Shown: in pieces, positions 18,977 through 29,492 of the stretch | How the letters are laid out: the number at the start of each line of letters is the position of its first letter | How positions within the stretch are numbered: position 1 is the first letter of the stretch | Assembly (NCBI GenBank): GCA_027487865.1 | Contig: JAIYCT010000002.1 | Span: 91,038 to 155,037 of the forward strand | Length of the DNA stretch: 64,000 nt | From: Microbacteriaceae bacterium | GTDB taxonomy: Bacteria; Actinomycetota; Actinomycetes; Actinomycetales; Microbacteriaceae | Direction: 5' to 3' | Program-made: the position numbers and the translations under genes | Notes under the pieces: generated by a model | Told to the model about the DNA's origin: nothing | Seen by the model: the letters and a program-made list of their open reading frames with translations, nothing else | Database searches by the model: none

Positions 18977-19276
18977 ATGACAAGACTGGCAATTGCCTCG
19001 ATCGTATTTTTGGTGATCTTCACGGTTTTCACCACCGTTTTTGCCGCGGCGGCAAACAAGAGCGAAGTAAGGCTTTTGCCTAAGTGGGTGTGGGTGCTTT
19101 TGTGCTTGCTAATCCCATTCTTCGGTGGCCTTTTGTATCTGATGGTTGGAAGACCACTCGGTAAGGGACCTCAGGGTGGTCAAAAGAACAAGCGATATGT
19201 CGCACCCGACGACGATCCAAACTTCCTTCGTGATCTGCAGCGCAAGCTAAAGAAAGACGAAGACGACCAGAAGTGA
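18977..19276 (+). CDS. PLD-nuclease N-terminal (PLDc_N) domain membrane protein
   Basis: 99 aa. LPKWVWVLLCLLIPFFGGLLYLMVGRP is typical of the PLDc_N small membrane protein family. Confidence 0.7.
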   Translation: MTRLAIASIVFLVIFTVFTTVFAAAANKSEVRLLPKWVWVLLCLLIPFFGGLLYLMVGRPLGKGPQGGQKNKRYVAPDDDPNFLRDLQRKLKKDEDDQK

Positions 19277-20784
19277 CAAACCTAAGCTCCCAATCATTCG
19301 CAGCTGAGCTATTGGCGACTTTGGTCGCCACCGGTGCAAAGCACCTATACCTAGCTCCGGGAGCAAGATCTCAGGCTTTAGCAATTGCTGCCGATCAACT
19401 TGCCACAAAAACCCTTGCCGATCTCACCATTCGCCTGGATGAAAGATCAATGGGCTTTGTCGCTCTTGGTCGAGCAATGGCAACCGGTAAGCCATCGGTT
19501 GTGATCACCACCAGTGGCACCGCGGTGGCTAATTTGCACCCAGCTGTTCTTGAGGCTCACCACAGTGGTGTACCAATGATTTTGCTAACTGCAGACCGAC
19601 CAGCCAGGTTGCGTGGCAAGGGAGCTAACCAAACCACCAACCAGGTGGGTATATTCGCCGATGCGGTTATTCGCTGCATCGATGTCAGCGTGCCAGAGCT
19701 TGGAGAGTTTGATCCAAGAGCCCTCGCCATCGAAGCAATTGAGCTTGCCACCGGAGAGAAGCCAGGTCCAGTGCAGCTGAACCTGCAATTCCAAGAGCCG
19801 CTCAGCGACCTAACTCCTAACGCCAGCGAAATCGCAGTTGGGGAGATCTCGCTGTATCCACTAACTTCAGAAACCTCAAGCCTCGAGGTGGTGATCTCGG
19901 ACCGTGCTGTGGTTATTGCAGGTGCCGGTGCTGGATCTAAAGCCGTAGCGTTCGCAAATATGGCAAACCTGCCACTTCTGGCAGAGCCGACCTCCGGCGC
20001 TCGCTACTCCAAGCAGGCAGTTATCGATTACATCGGCGCACTGAGCGGTGAACTTGGTGGGGCGGTTGATCAGGTTTTTGTCTTTGGAAAGCCAACTCTT
20101 TCCAGGCCAATCCAGCGCTTGATTGCAAACTCCAAGGTCTGGGTTTGTGAGAGCAAGACCCACGGCCACTTTGACCCAAGTGGAAATGCCCTGGGTTATG
20201 CCGATGAGCTAATCCCGATGGGAAGCGCTGAGCAATCCTGGGTTGATTCTTGGTTCAAGTCAGAAGTTTTTGTTTCAAAGCGAGGTGATTTAGCAAAGGC
20301 GGTTTGGGATGCGACAAAGCCAAATGACCAGCTACTTTTTGGAGCTTCGCAGATTATTCGCGAGGCTGATCGGGTGCTACCTTCCAAAGAGATTTCGGTC
20401 TTTGCTAATCGAGGGCTAGCAGGTATAGATGGCACAGTTTCAACTGCGATTGGACTTGCCCAAAACGGCAAGAAGACCAGGGTGCTGCTTGGTGATCTCA
20501 CCCTGCTGCACGATGCCAGTGGGCTAAATCTCTCTGGAATTAAGGGCTTAGACATTCAGGTGATTGTCGGTAACGACAACGGCGGCGAGATTTTCAAAAA
20601 GCTCGAAGTTGCCCAGCTATTGCCGGAGGCAACCCTGGAAAGACTTTTCCTGACCCCGCAGAACGTTGACCTCAAAGCTCTGGCAAGTGCCTACGGCTGG
20701 GAGTATTTGGCGGTGAGTTCTATCCAGGAGCTAAATCAAGCCATGCAGCGCTCAGGGCAACTGCTAATCGATTACCAGCTCTAG
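19273..20784 (+). CDS. menD: 2-succinyl-5-enolpyruvyl-6-hydroxy-3-cyclohexene-1-carboxylate synthase
   Basis: 503 aa with a ThDP-enzyme layout (GARSQALA, TSGTAVANL, GNDNGGEIF). GTG start overlaps the upstream stop. Confidence 0.9.
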   Translation: MTNLSSQSFAAELLATLVATGAKHLYLAPGARSQALAIAADQLATKTLADLTIRLDERSMGFVALGRAMATGKPSVVITTSGTAVANLHPAVLEAHHSGVPMILLTADRPARLRGKGANQTTNQVGIFADAVIRCIDVSVPELGEFDPRALAIEAIELATGEKPGPVQLNLQFQEPLSDLTPNASEIAVGEISLYPLTSETSSLEVVISDRAVVIAGAGAGSKAVAFANMANLPLLAEPTSGARYSKQAVIDYIGALSGELGGAVDQVFVFGKPTLSRPIQRLIANSKVWVCESKTHGHFDPSGNALGYADELIPMGSAEQSWVDSWFKSEVFVSKRGDLAKAVWDATKPNDQLLFGASQIIREADRVLPSKEISVFANRGLAGIDGTVSTAIGLAQNGKKTRVLLGDLTLLHDASGLNLSGIKGLDIQVIVGNDNGGEIFKKLEVAQLLPEATLERLFLTPQNVDLKALASAYGWEYLAVSSIQELNQAMQRSGQLLIDYQL

Positions 20785-21971
20785 TGTTCGAAGGCGTAGC
20801 GAACCGCGCGGAATTTTAGATCGGTTTCTGCAAGCTCAGCCTGAGGGTCAGACTCTGCAACAATTCCGCAGCCGGCAATCGCTCTTACAACTACCTTGTC
20901 TTCAAAACTCTCAATGATTCCGCCGCGTAGGGCAATTGCAAGCTCCCCAGAACCATCGGCGGAAATCCAACCAACTGGGCCGGCATAGCCACCGCGGTCA
21001 TAGGGCTCCAATCCTTCAATCACAGAAATCGCTAGATCTCTCGGGGTTCCGGCAACCGCTGCGGTTGGGTGCAGGCGAGCAATTACATCCAGCAGGCTGA
21101 TTGCTGGTTTGAGCTTTCCTCGAACATCGGTTGCTAGGTGCCAAAGATCTGGCAGGGCTAGCGAGAATGGCTGGGCATCGGCCTCAACCCAATCGCAAAA
21201 AGGATCTAACTCGGAGACCATGGACTGCACGGCATAGCCGTGCTCGTGATTGTTCTTGATTGAGTGTGAAAGGCCATCTGCAATCGCTCGATCTACATCT
21301 GGGTCTGTTCCGCGTCCGGCGGTTCCTGCCAGCACCCTTGCAGACACTTCACCGCGATCTGCTCGAAGCAGTAGCTCAGGAGAGGCTCCAAAGACGCCCT
21401 CGACCTTGTAGGTCCAGCAATCTGGGTAGCGAGAGCGCAGTCTTGCAAGCGGGGTGGTTAAATCAGGCTGGGAATCCAAAACCATCTCAAGGTCACGAGA
21501 GAGCACGACCTTCCTAAGATCGCTCTGTTGGATTTTGGTGATTGCGTTGGAAACCGCAGCTTCAAACCCAGCGGCACTTAGCCGCCCGGTGTGGAACTGG
21601 GTCGGGGTTGATGTCTTGGATGGGGCAGCATCTTCGCCCTCGACTTCGATTAGAAAGCTGGCTTCTGGGCGAATGACGTAAAGCTTTCTTGGGACAACCA
21701 AAACGCTCTCGGTCTTGGAGTTGTCCGAGAAGCTGATGGAGCTAAAGGCAACCAGCGAGCTACCGGGGAGCTTTACGTTGTCTTGGATCTCGGCCTCAGC
21801 GCAAGCCTTGCGCCACATTGCAGCAAGGGTAGAAATGCGCTCTGGGCCGGTGGCGGAAAGCCTTAGCGCGGTTCCCTGACCAACCAGAGTTTGGTTGCTT
21901 CTGGCAAAAAGAAAGTCGCCGGTTGGGATGCTGGCCAGCTCAATTAGACGTGACGTCACCTTGAGCGGCAT
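20781..21971 (-). CDS. menF: isochorismate synthase
   Basis: 396 aa with a chorismate-binding domain (LHPTAAVAGTP, GGYAGPVGW, AIALRGG). Confidence 0.85.
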   Translation of the reverse strand: MPLKVTSRLIELASIPTGDFLFARSNQTLVGQGTALRLSATGPERISTLAAMWRKACAEAEIQDNVKLPGSSLVAFSSISFSDNSKTESVLVVPRKLYVIRPEASFLIEVEGEDAAPSKTSTPTQFHTGRLSAAGFEAAVSNAITKIQQSDLRKVVLSRDLEMVLDSQPDLTTPLARLRSRYPDCWTYKVEGVFGASPELLLRADRGEVSARVLAGTAGRGTDPDVDRAIADGLSHSIKNNHEHGYAVQSMVSELDPFCDWVEADAQPFSLALPDLWHLATDVRGKLKPAISLLDVIARLHPTAAVAGTPRDLAISVIEGLEPYDRGGYAGPVGWISADGSGELAIALRGGIIESFEDKVVVRAIAGCGIVAESDPQAELAETDLKFRAVRYAFEH

Positions 21972-22070
21972 TGTGATCCTTTACTAAGAGTTGGCTGTGA
22001 GCATCAGCGAAAGCTGGGGTAGAACACGAGCACTATCTATCCTTGAGATTAAGTCTAGGTGAGGAGTCCA

Positions 22071-22379
22071 ATGCGAAAAGCTGTCGCGGTATTCCTTGCG
22101 CTCCCGATGATCCTGTTTCCACTGGCAGCTTTTGCCGATGAAGAGGGTGAAGAGTCAGAGTCTCAAGAGCAGGTAATTGGCCCACAGGTTCACAGCCCAG
22201 ACGGCACCGCACCAAAGGCTGAGCCGATCAACGTCTCCGAAATTGTGATCACCAGGCAAACTCCAGCGGACACATTTGTGCTGGCAACCACACCGTTGGT
22301 GCTGGCCCTGGGAGTTGGATCAATCGGCTTAGTGATTTACACCTTCGCTCGGGGTTCCAAGCGCGAGGATAAAGATTAG
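22071..22379 (+). CDS. small secreted/membrane-anchored acidic protein, unknown function
   Basis: The ORF 22059-22379 is trimmed to ATG 22071, which is preceded by AGGTGAGGAG. It has a signal peptide (MRKAVAVFLALPMILFPLAAFA), an acidic stretch and a C-terminal TM with a basic tail. Confidence 0.45.
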   Translation: MRKAVAVFLALPMILFPLAAFADEEGEESESQEQVIGPQVHSPDGTAPKAEPINVSEIVITRQTPADTFVLATTPLVLALGVGSIGLVIYTFARGSKREDKD

Positions 22380-22388
22380 ACTCTACTG

Positions 22389-23078
22389 GTGAGCAAGGCT
22401 GACCTATCCAAACAACCGCAAGCCGTATCGGCGATGTTTGATTCGGTCGCAGATTCTTACGACAAAACCAATGACCTACTTTCCTTCGGGCAATCCCGCC
22501 TTTGGCGCGGCAAGGTTGCCAAGGCAGTAAATGCCAAATCTGGCGAACAGGTCTTGGATATCGCAGCCGGCACCGGCACCAGCTCCATGGCATTTCTATC
22601 CGAAGGCGTTCGCGTCGTCGCAGCCGATTTCTCCAAGGGCATGCTCGAGGTTGGAAAAAAGAAGCATCCAAAGCTGGAGTTTGTATTTGCAGACGCCATG
22701 AAGCTTCCCTTCCAAGACGCCGAGTTTGATGTCGTGACCATGAGTTTTGGGTTGCGAAATGTCCAGGATCACAAGGTTGCCCTCGGTGAATTCTTGCGAG
22801 TGCTAAAGCCTGGTGGACGCTTGGTTATCTGCGAGTTCTCTCACGTGCCAGGGCCGTTTGGAGCCTTTTACCGGTTTTATCTCAAGAACTTCCTGCCAAA
22901 GATCTCCGGTCTTTTCTCCAAGAGCCCAGAGGCTTACGACTACCTCTCCGACTCCATCCAGGCTTGGCCTAAGCAGAAGCAGTTGGCTCAGGACATTGCA
23001 AATGTTGGCTTTAGCGAGGTTGGTTATCAAAACCTCTCGCTCGGTATTGTCGCAATTCACAAGGCGGTGAAGCGATGA
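22389..23078 (+). CDS. menG: demethylmenaquinone methyltransferase
   Basis: 229 aa, UbiE/MenG family, with a SAM motif (VLDIAAGTG) and SFGLRNV. Confidence 0.9.
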   Translation: MSKADLSKQPQAVSAMFDSVADSYDKTNDLLSFGQSRLWRGKVAKAVNAKSGEQVLDIAAGTGTSSMAFLSEGVRVVAADFSKGMLEVGKKKHPKLEFVFADAMKLPFQDAEFDVVTMSFGLRNVQDHKVALGEFLRVLKPGGRLVICEFSHVPGPFGAFYRFYLKNFLPKISGLFSKSPEAYDYLSDSIQAWPKQKQLAQDIANVGFSEVGYQNLSLGIVAIHKAVKR

Positions 23079-24073
23079 AGGTTTCACTTCCGAGCCAGCT
23101 CAGATTGGTTTCCGATAAAGCTTTGATTGCCGATCTTGAGACCCGCATGGCAATCGTCGAAAAGCGCATCGCAGAGGCAACCTCCCACACCGAGCCACTG
23201 GTAAATGAGATGTCCAGCCACCTTTCTGCCGCCGGCGGCAAGCGACTGCGTCCCGTGCTCACCCTTTTGACTTCGCACCTTGGTAACTCCAATGAGGAGG
23301 AGGTGCTGGATGCCGCGGTTGTGATGGAGATCACACACCTGGCAACTCTGTACCACGATGACGTGATGGACCAGGCTTCAAAGCGCAGAGGTGTTGACAC
23401 CGCCCACATGGTTTGGGGCAACAACGTCGCAATCCTCACGGGTGACCTTTTGTTTGCAAGGGCATCCAACATTGTCTCTGGTTTGGGTGATGACTCGCTA
23501 AAGCTTCAAGCCAAGGTTTTTGAGCAATTGGTGCTTGGTCAGCTGCACGAAACCATCGGACCGCAGGATGGTCAGGACATCATCGAGCACTACTACGAGG
23601 TATTGCGGGATAAGACCGGTTCACTAATTGCACTCTCGGCACAAATTGGTGCTTTGGTCTCCGGCGCACCTGGTGAGTACCAAGAGCCGCTAAAGCAGTT
23701 TGGCGAGAGCATCGGAGTCGCCTTCCAGCTTATTGACGACATCATCGACATTCAAAGCACCAAGGACCAGTCCGGCAAGGTTGCCGGAACTGACCTATTG
23801 GCTGGAGTCCCAACCCTTCCGGTATTGCTTTTGGCTAATCACCACGATGCAGATTCCCAAGCGCTCTTGGCGAAAATCTCGAATGGTTTGGAAGAAGCAG
23901 ACCTAAAAGACGTGTTGAGTAAATTGCGCTCTCACAAGGTAATGGCTGAGTCACTAAGCATTACCAATGGCTGGGCGGATCGGGCCAAGGCTGCCCTAGG
24001 TCCACTTCCAGCCTCGAGCGTGAAGTCGGCATTGATTGCATTCGCCGACGCAGTCGTTGATCGGCAAGGTTAG
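23075..24073 (+). CDS. polyprenyl diphosphate synthase (menaquinone side chain, GrcC1/HepT-like)
   Basis: 332 aa with two Asp-rich motifs (LYHDDVMDQ and LIDDIIDI). Confidence 0.85.
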   Translation: MKVSLPSQLRLVSDKALIADLETRMAIVEKRIAEATSHTEPLVNEMSSHLSAAGGKRLRPVLTLLTSHLGNSNEEEVLDAAVVMEITHLATLYHDDVMDQASKRRGVDTAHMVWGNNVAILTGDLLFARASNIVSGLGDDSLKLQAKVFEQLVLGQLHETIGPQDGQDIIEHYYEVLRDKTGSLIALSAQIGALVSGAPGEYQEPLKQFGESIGVAFQLIDDIIDIQSTKDQSGKVAGTDLLAGVPTLPVLLLANHHDADSQALLAKISNGLEEADLKDVLSKLRSHKVMAESLSITNGWADRAKAALGPLPASSVKSALIAFADAVVDRQG

Positions 24074-24083
24074 AGGAAAGTAA

Positions 24084-25439
24084 TTGGCAAAACTACGTTT
24101 GGCGGTAATCGGGGCGGGACCGGCCGGCATTTACGCATCGGACCTAATCCTCAAGGCAGAGCGTGACTTTGAGGTCTCAATTGACCTCTTTGACCTTTTG
24201 CCAGCCCCCTACGGATTGGTCCGCTACGGAGTTGCCCCTGATCACCCAAGAATCAAAGGCATCATTCGTGCGCTCTACGAGGTGCTGGACCGAGGCGACA
24301 TTCGGTTTTTCGGAAACGTAAAGTACGGCACCGACATCACCCTTGATGACTTAAAGCAGCACTACAACGCAGTGATCTTTGCCACCGGCGCTATTCAAGA
24401 TGCTGACCTAAGAATCCCAGGTGTTGAGCTTGATGGTTCCTACGGTGCTGCTGACTTTGTGAACTGGTATGACGCACACCCCGACTTCCCTCGCACCTGG
24501 TCACTGGATGCCAAGCAGATTGCGGTTATCGGAAACGGTAACGTCGCACTCGATGTCGCCAGAATGCTGATCAAACGTCCGGATGACCTGCTTTCCACTG
24601 ACATCCCAGATCACGTCTATGAGGGCCTCAAGGCATCTCCAGTGACCGATGTCCATGTCTTTGGAAGACGCGGACCAGCTCAGGTGAAATTCAGCCCGCT
24701 GGAACTTCGTGAAGCACTTCACATCGAAGGCGTGCAATCAATCGTTTACGAAGAAGACTTCCAATACGACGATGGATCGCAGACCGCTATCGACAGCAAC
24801 AACCAGGTTCGCGTAATGGTGAAGACCCTGGAAGATTTGCGAGCGAACCCACAGGCTTCTGAGGACCGCAGGTTGCACCTGCACTTCTTCGCTGCCCCGG
24901 TTGAGGTTCTAGGCGAAGACGGCAGGGTTACTGGCCTTAGAGTGCAGCGCACCAAGTTGGATGGCACTGGAAACGTAACCCCAATCGATGAGTTTGAAAC
25001 CTTCCCGGTTCAGGCGGTTTACCGAGCGGTTGGTTACTTTGGTTCACCGGTCGACGAGATCCCTTTTGACTCTAAGTACGGCGTGATTCAAAACAACGAG
25101 GGCCGCGTACAAGACGGCGAAGGTAAGCAGGTCCCAGGTGTTTACTGCACCGGCTGGATCAAGCGTGGCCCGGTTGGACTAATTGGTCACACTAAGGCGG
25201 ACGCCATCGAGACCATCTCGCACGTCATTGCAGATAGAGCAATGTGGTGGCAGCCGGCTAAGCCTGCCGAGGCTGAGATTTTGGCAACCTTGGATGCTCG
25301 CGGTGTGAAGTACCTAGAGTGGAATGACTGGCTAACCCTCGATGCCAAAGAGCTTGCCCTTGGTGCTCAGGATGGCCGCGAGCGTAAGAAGCTGTTTGAT
25401 CGCGAGGAAATCTCCTCGATTATTGAAGGCTCAAAGTAG
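24084..25439 (+). CDS. fprA: FprA-type NADPH:ferredoxin (adrenodoxin) reductase
   Basis: 451 aa with an FAD motif (LAVIGAGPAGIYAS), a second dinucleotide motif (IAVIGNGNVALDVAR) and GWIKRGPVGLIG. Confidence 0.85.
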   Translation: MAKLRLAVIGAGPAGIYASDLILKAERDFEVSIDLFDLLPAPYGLVRYGVAPDHPRIKGIIRALYEVLDRGDIRFFGNVKYGTDITLDDLKQHYNAVIFATGAIQDADLRIPGVELDGSYGAADFVNWYDAHPDFPRTWSLDAKQIAVIGNGNVALDVARMLIKRPDDLLSTDIPDHVYEGLKASPVTDVHVFGRRGPAQVKFSPLELREALHIEGVQSIVYEEDFQYDDGSQTAIDSNNQVRVMVKTLEDLRANPQASEDRRLHLHFFAAPVEVLGEDGRVTGLRVQRTKLDGTGNVTPIDEFETFPVQAVYRAVGYFGSPVDEIPFDSKYGVIQNNEGRVQDGEGKQVPGVYCTGWIKRGPVGLIGHTKADAIETISHVIADRAMWWQPAKPAEAEILATLDARGVKYLEWNDWLTLDAKELALGAQDGRERKKLFDREEISSIIEGSK

Positions 25440-26711
25440 TTGGAAAAGCTTTCCGGTAAGCGACTTCGCAAGGCACAAATTGCGATGCTTATCACCTTTA
25501 CCTTCACCGGTCACATCGCACTTAGCTCGGTGGCTTGGGTTCCCGAATTCATCGACCGCTTAGGTGTCTCTTTCGCGACTTGGGGAACCATCATCGGCTT
25601 TGGTGTGGTGGGTTCGATTGTCCCGTTGTTCTTTGTTTCGCGTTTGATTATGCGCTTTGGCCCGAGGACCTTAATTCGATACGGCAACTACCTAAGTGCG
25701 ATCTTTTTGGTGCTGCTGGGACTAACTTCCAACCCATTTATCTGGTTCTTCCTGAACATGGCCTTCAACTTCTTCATCTCGATTCTCGGTGTCTCGGTCA
25801 ACTCTCACTCGGTGCTACTGCAGAAGCAGATCAAGAAAAACGTAATTGCTCGCTTCCACGCCGGCTGGAGCGTGGGTGCGGTGGCGGCAGCGATGACCGG
25901 TGGTCTGTCGACACTGGTATTGGACCTCGAGCAGTTCCTAATCATCGTTGCAATTTTGAACGTTATTGTCTTTGAGTTCGCATTGCGCTGGCTGCTGTCC
26001 CCAACCGAGGACGGCCACCTAGAAGAGCGTGCCGGGGTTGTAAAGCGTAAGTTCTTCCACATCCCGGTCCAATTGGTTTGGCTGGCTCTGGGAATCATCG
26101 GCATCGTCTTTCCAGAGGTTGCCGTCATCGACTGGGCTGCTGTTTTTGCCAGAGACATCTTGAACGTTGAATTAGCACTTCGGTCGCTACCGTTTGCCGC
26201 CTTTATGATCGGCATGATCGTCGGGCGCTTGTCAATGACCAGTCTGGCGGAGAAATACCACCCGAATCTGATTGCATCTCGAGGTGCTTTTTTGGCGGCT
26301 GGAGTTCTAGCAATGGCCGCAGTTTTTGCACCGCTACTAGCTGACTCCTCCAGCACCCTGGCTCTTGTCGCCACGATGGTGCTGTGGCTGATTGCAGGGC
26401 TAGGTCTTGCTCCAGGAGCACCAACCTTCTTGTCTGCCGCAGGTCACATCCCAGGGGTTTCAACGGCGTGGGCGGTATCGAGGCTTTCGCTGATGAGCGC
26501 GATCATGCAGGTTATGGCAAAGACTCTCATGGGTGCCCTTGCGGAAGGTGTTGGTCTGTCCCTGGCATTCTTCTTCCCGGTTGCACTCGCGGTCGCCTCA
26601 GGATTTATCGCCCACCAGTTTGCTCAGCGGGCCAAGCAAACCGAGCTTGAATCCGTTTCTCCGCCAACCTCACCGATGCCGGTGATTGTCATGCAGGACG
26701 AGCGCAGGTAA
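25440..26711 (+). CDS. MFS transporter
   Basis: 423 aa with about 12 hydrophobic helices. Confidence 0.75.
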   Translation: MEKLSGKRLRKAQIAMLITFTFTGHIALSSVAWVPEFIDRLGVSFATWGTIIGFGVVGSIVPLFFVSRLIMRFGPRTLIRYGNYLSAIFLVLLGLTSNPFIWFFLNMAFNFFISILGVSVNSHSVLLQKQIKKNVIARFHAGWSVGAVAAAMTGGLSTLVLDLEQFLIIVAILNVIVFEFALRWLLSPTEDGHLEERAGVVKRKFFHIPVQLVWLALGIIGIVFPEVAVIDWAAVFARDILNVELALRSLPFAAFMIGMIVGRLSMTSLAEKYHPNLIASRGAFLAAGVLAMAAVFAPLLADSSSTLALVATMVLWLIAGLGLAPGAPTFLSAAGHIPGVSTAWAVSRLSLMSAIMQVMAKTLMGALAEGVGLSLAFFFPVALAVASGFIAHQFAQRAKQTELESVSPPTSPMPVIVMQDERR

Positions 26712-26714
26712 TCG

Positions 26715-27794
26715 ATGACCCTTTATGCAATTGGCAATAACCCCATGAACTATGCCTGGGGTTCCAGCCCACTGCTCTCTGATCTACTTGGAATCGAAGA
26801 GCCGGAATACCCAATCGCAGAGCAGTGGTTCGGCACCCATCCAACAGCACCCGCGAAAGTTCTAGATTCACAAGGCGGCACGCTCTCAGATCGCCACGGA
26901 CAACTCGGTTATTTGGTGAAGTTTTTGGCGGCAGCCAATCCGCTTTCGATCCAGGCGCACCCAACCAAGGAATTAGCGGAACGACAGTTTCTAAACCACC
27001 ACCCCTCTTACTCAGATGCCAATCACAAGCCTGAGCTGATCATTGCTGTCACTGATTTCCGAGCCCTCTGTGGCTTTAGGCCAGTGGCTGAGACTCAGGT
27101 TGACCTTGAGGAGCTAGCTCGTGCAAACGCAGGCTTTACCCCGCTTGCAGAGGTGTTTGCCCTTGGTGGTTATCAGGCGGCCATGCAGTGGGTGTATGAA
27201 TCTGATCCGGAGCTAATCCTCACCCTCGTTGCCAATGCAGCAGTACTTGGTCGCAAGCGCGATCGCCTTATCGAGCAGCTGTTCCAGCTTTACGGCAGAG
27301 ACCCGGGCATCTTGGTCTCGGTATTCATGAACCTAGTAGCGCTTTCATCAGGAGAGGGTTTGTATCTTCCGGCCGGCAACATCCACGCCTACCTTGAGGG
27401 TCTAGGCGTTGAGGTTATGGCCAGTAGCGATAACGTGCTGCGTGGGGGATTGACCACAAAGACCGTGGATGTTCGAGAGCTACTTAGAGTTTTGGACTAC
27501 AACGAACTAGCTCAGCCAAAGATTGCGGTCAAAAAACTAAGCCAGGGCATCTGGGAGTATCCAGCTGCGGCAGAGGACTTCAAGGTCTATCGGGTTGAGC
27601 CAAGTTCCAGCGTGATGTTGATGGACCTTGATCTTCCAAACACCGGCATTGTGGTCTGCACCCAAGGGGAGCTCACCATCTCAACCAGCAAAGACGAGAC
27701 GCTAACTATTGGTCGCGGCAAGGCAGCATTTATGGCAGATGCCAGATTGTTCTCGGTTACCGGTAACGGAACCGGCTTTATCGCACTTGGCTAA
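26715..27794 (+). CDS. manA: mannose-6-phosphate isomerase, class I
   Basis: 359 aa with [26 protein letters not shown] and NIHAYLEG motifs. Confidence 0.85.
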   Translation: MTLYAIGNNPMNYAWGSSPLLSDLLGIEEPEYPIAEQWFGTHPTAPAKVLDSQGGTLSDRHGQLGYLVKFLAAANPLSIQAHPTKELAERQFLNHHPSYSDANHKPELIIAVTDFRALCGFRPVAETQVDLEELARANAGFTPLAEVFALGGYQAAMQWVYESDPELILTLVANAAVLGRKRDRLIEQLFQLYGRDPGILVSVFMNLVALSSGEGLYLPAGNIHAYLEGLGVEVMASSDNVLRGGLTTKTVDVRELLRVLDYNELAQPKIAVKKLSQGIWEYPAAAEDFKVYRVEPSSSVMLMDLDLPNTGIVVCTQGELTISTSKDETLTIGRGKAAFMADARLFSVTGNGTGFIALG

Positions 27795-28279
27795 CGGAAG
27801 TTAGTGAACTGAAGGTCAACCTCAAGGTCTGAGCCACGAAGTAACGCCATGGTGTCCTGCAGGTCATCTCTCGACTTCGAGCTAACACGAAGCTCATCGC
27901 CCTGAATCTGAGCCTTCACGCTCTTAGGTCCCTGATCGCGAATGATCTTGGAAATCTTCTTGGCGTTCTCTTGGTCAATACCGTTTTTCAAACTGCACTC
28001 GATGCGGAACTCTTTGCCCGATGGGTATGGCTCTCCGGAATCCAAAGACTTTAGTGAGATGCCGCGCTTGATCAGCTTGGTCTCAAAGACATCCAACACC
28101 GCTAGCGCACGGTCTTGCGAGTTGGCCTTAATCATTACCTTTTCGCCGCTCCACTCAATGGATGCGTCGGTGCCCTTAAAGTCGTAGCGCTGCTCGACTT
28201 CCTTGGAAGCTTGATTTAGGGCGTTGTCCGCCTCTTGGTGGTCAACTTTAGAAACTACGTCAAATGAGGAATCAGCCAT
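27791..28279 (-). CDS. YajQ-family nucleotide-binding protein (UPF0234)
   Basis: The ORF 27791-28360 is trimmed to ATG 28279 ([28 protein letters not shown]...), giving the family-typical length of about 162 aa. Confidence 0.85.
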   Translation of the reverse strand: MADSSFDVVSKVDHQEADNALNQASKEVEQRYDFKGTDASIEWSGEKVMIKANSQDRALAVLDVFETKLIKRGISLKSLDSGEPYPSGKEFRIECSLKNGIDQENAKKISKIIRDQGPKSVKAQIQGDELRVSSKSRDDLQDTMALLRGSDLEVDLQFTNFR

Positions 28280-28289
28280 GAGGCAAATT

Positions 28290-29318
28290 CTAGCTAGTGG
28301 CTTGTCTCGCCGTCGAAGAACGCACCACCAAATCAATAGGCCAGGTCGTGAGCTGCTCAACGTTGTTTAGTAGCTTGTCGTCGCCAGCCTCCAAAATGTC
28401 CACCAACATGTCAGCACCCCTAGCTCCTTGAGCGTTGGTTTGCTGGTCGATGGTGGAAAGCCCATAGAACTCACCCATTGGGTGTCCATCCATCGCGATA
28501 ACGCTGATGTCCTGGGGAACCCTTAGGCCTAGGTCACGGGCCGCTTGGATTGCACCAAAGCCCATCTCGTCAGATGCACAGTAGATAGCGGTAGGGGAAT
28601 TTCTTGGATCACCAAGCATTTGCTTGGCTGCAACATAGCCACCGCTAACGGTGAAGTCAGCCTCGGCCACCCACTTCGGGTCAAAGTCCAGATTTGCATC
28701 AAGCAGTGCTTCTTGGTATCCGGTGCGACGAAGGTATGGCTGGTGGAAGTCCATCTCGGTGGCAGGTGTTCCCGAGATCATGCCCACCTTGCGGTGACCA
28801 AGAGAAATAAGGTGTTGGGTTGCAAGACGTCCTGCACCCTCATCATCAATCGAGATTGAGCGTGCTCCAGGAATAGGACCACCAATACCAACGATGGGCT
28901 TTTGCAATTCGCTAAGTCGCTTGAGCTCAGATTCGGAGAGCTTCACCGCAACGGTGAGCACGCCATCTACACGCTTGCGAAGTACTAAGTCCTCAAAGAC
29001 TCGCTTGCGGGAAGCAGGTCCACCCGACAGACTGTAAAGCGTTACATCGTAGCCACGGTTTACCAGAGCGTTTACAGCTCCATCCAATACCGCGGAGAAA
29101 AACCAGCGGTCGATGTATGGCATCACAACGCCAATGTTCTTGGAGCGACCGGTTGCAAGGGTGTAGGCAGAGGATGATGCCACGTAGCCCAGTTCCTGCG
29201 CGGCTTTGAGGACTTTCTCGCGTGCGCGAGCTGAGACGTGGCTTTTGCCATTAAGTGCTCTAGAGACAGTTGCAGTTGAGACACCTGCGCGCTCTGCGAC
29301 CTCGATAATTCCGACCAT
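28290..29318 (-). CDS. LacI-family transcriptional regulator
   Basis: 342 aa with an N-terminal HTH ([22 protein letters not shown]) and a periplasmic-binding-protein-like core. Confidence 0.9.
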   Translation of the reverse strand: MVGIIEVAERAGVSTATVSRALNGKSHVSARAREKVLKAAQELGYVASSSAYTLATGRSKNIGVVMPYIDRWFFSAVLDGAVNALVNRGYDVTLYSLSGGPASRKRVFEDLVLRKRVDGVLTVAVKLSESELKRLSELQKPIVGIGGPIPGARSISIDDEGAGRLATQHLISLGHRKVGMISGTPATEMDFHQPYLRRTGYQEALLDANLDFDPKWVAEADFTVSGGYVAAKQMLGDPRNSPTAIYCASDEMGFGAIQAARDLGLRVPQDISVIAMDGHPMGEFYGLSTIDQQTNAQGARGADMLVDILEAGDDKLLNNVEQLTTWPIDLVVRSSTARQATS

Positions 29319-29328
29319 AATCTCAAAC

Positions 29329-29342
29329 TGTAAAGCTTTACA
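29329..29342. promoter_or_regulatory. perfect 14-bp palindrome TGTAAAGCTTTACA, candidate LacI-family auto-operator
   Basis: It lies 11 nt upstream of the lacI-family start codon. The half-sites TGTAAA/TTTACA match the general LacI/GalR operator pattern. Confidence 0.5.
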
Positions 29343-29410
29343 ATCTTTGCCGCTAGTTAGAGCAAGGAAAATGGGCTATTCTTTTGCATCGCGTGATAAA
29401 AAACGCATCT

Positions 29411-29492
29411 GGCTAGTTACCCAAGTGGCCAAAGGGAACTGACTGTAAATCAGCTGGCTCAGCCTTCGGGGGTTCGAATCCCTCACTAGCCA
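29411..29492 (+). tRNA. tRNA-Tyr (GTA)
   Basis: Cloverleaf folded by hand: acceptor GGCTAGT/ACTAGCC, anticodon loop CTGTAAA, long variable arm (class II), T arm GGGGG-TTCGAAT-CCCTC. CCA is not encoded. Confidence 0.9.

Noticed and set aside
22290-22379. The C-terminal LATTP...TM...basic tail of the small acidic protein, considered as a sortase sorting signal.
   Set aside because: The motif lacks the Gly of LPXTG/LAXTG. It is more simply a C-terminal membrane anchor.
22249-23472. Minus-strand ORFs of 140 aa (22249-22671) and 153 aa (23011-23472).
   Set aside because: They are antisense to menG and the polyprenyl synthase, both of which carry diagnostic motifs.
25805-26374. A 189-aa minus-strand ORF inside the MFS transporter gene.
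   Set aside because: It is antisense to a gene with clear 12-TM character. Its translation is Ala/Ser/Arg/Thr-rich low complexity with no motifs.
28280-28360. The 5' extension of the yajQ-like ORF (track 27791-28360).
   Set aside because: The extension ([27 protein letters not shown]) overlaps the 3' end of the LacI-family gene and is not part of the conserved YajQ fold. ATG 28279 gives the canonical length.
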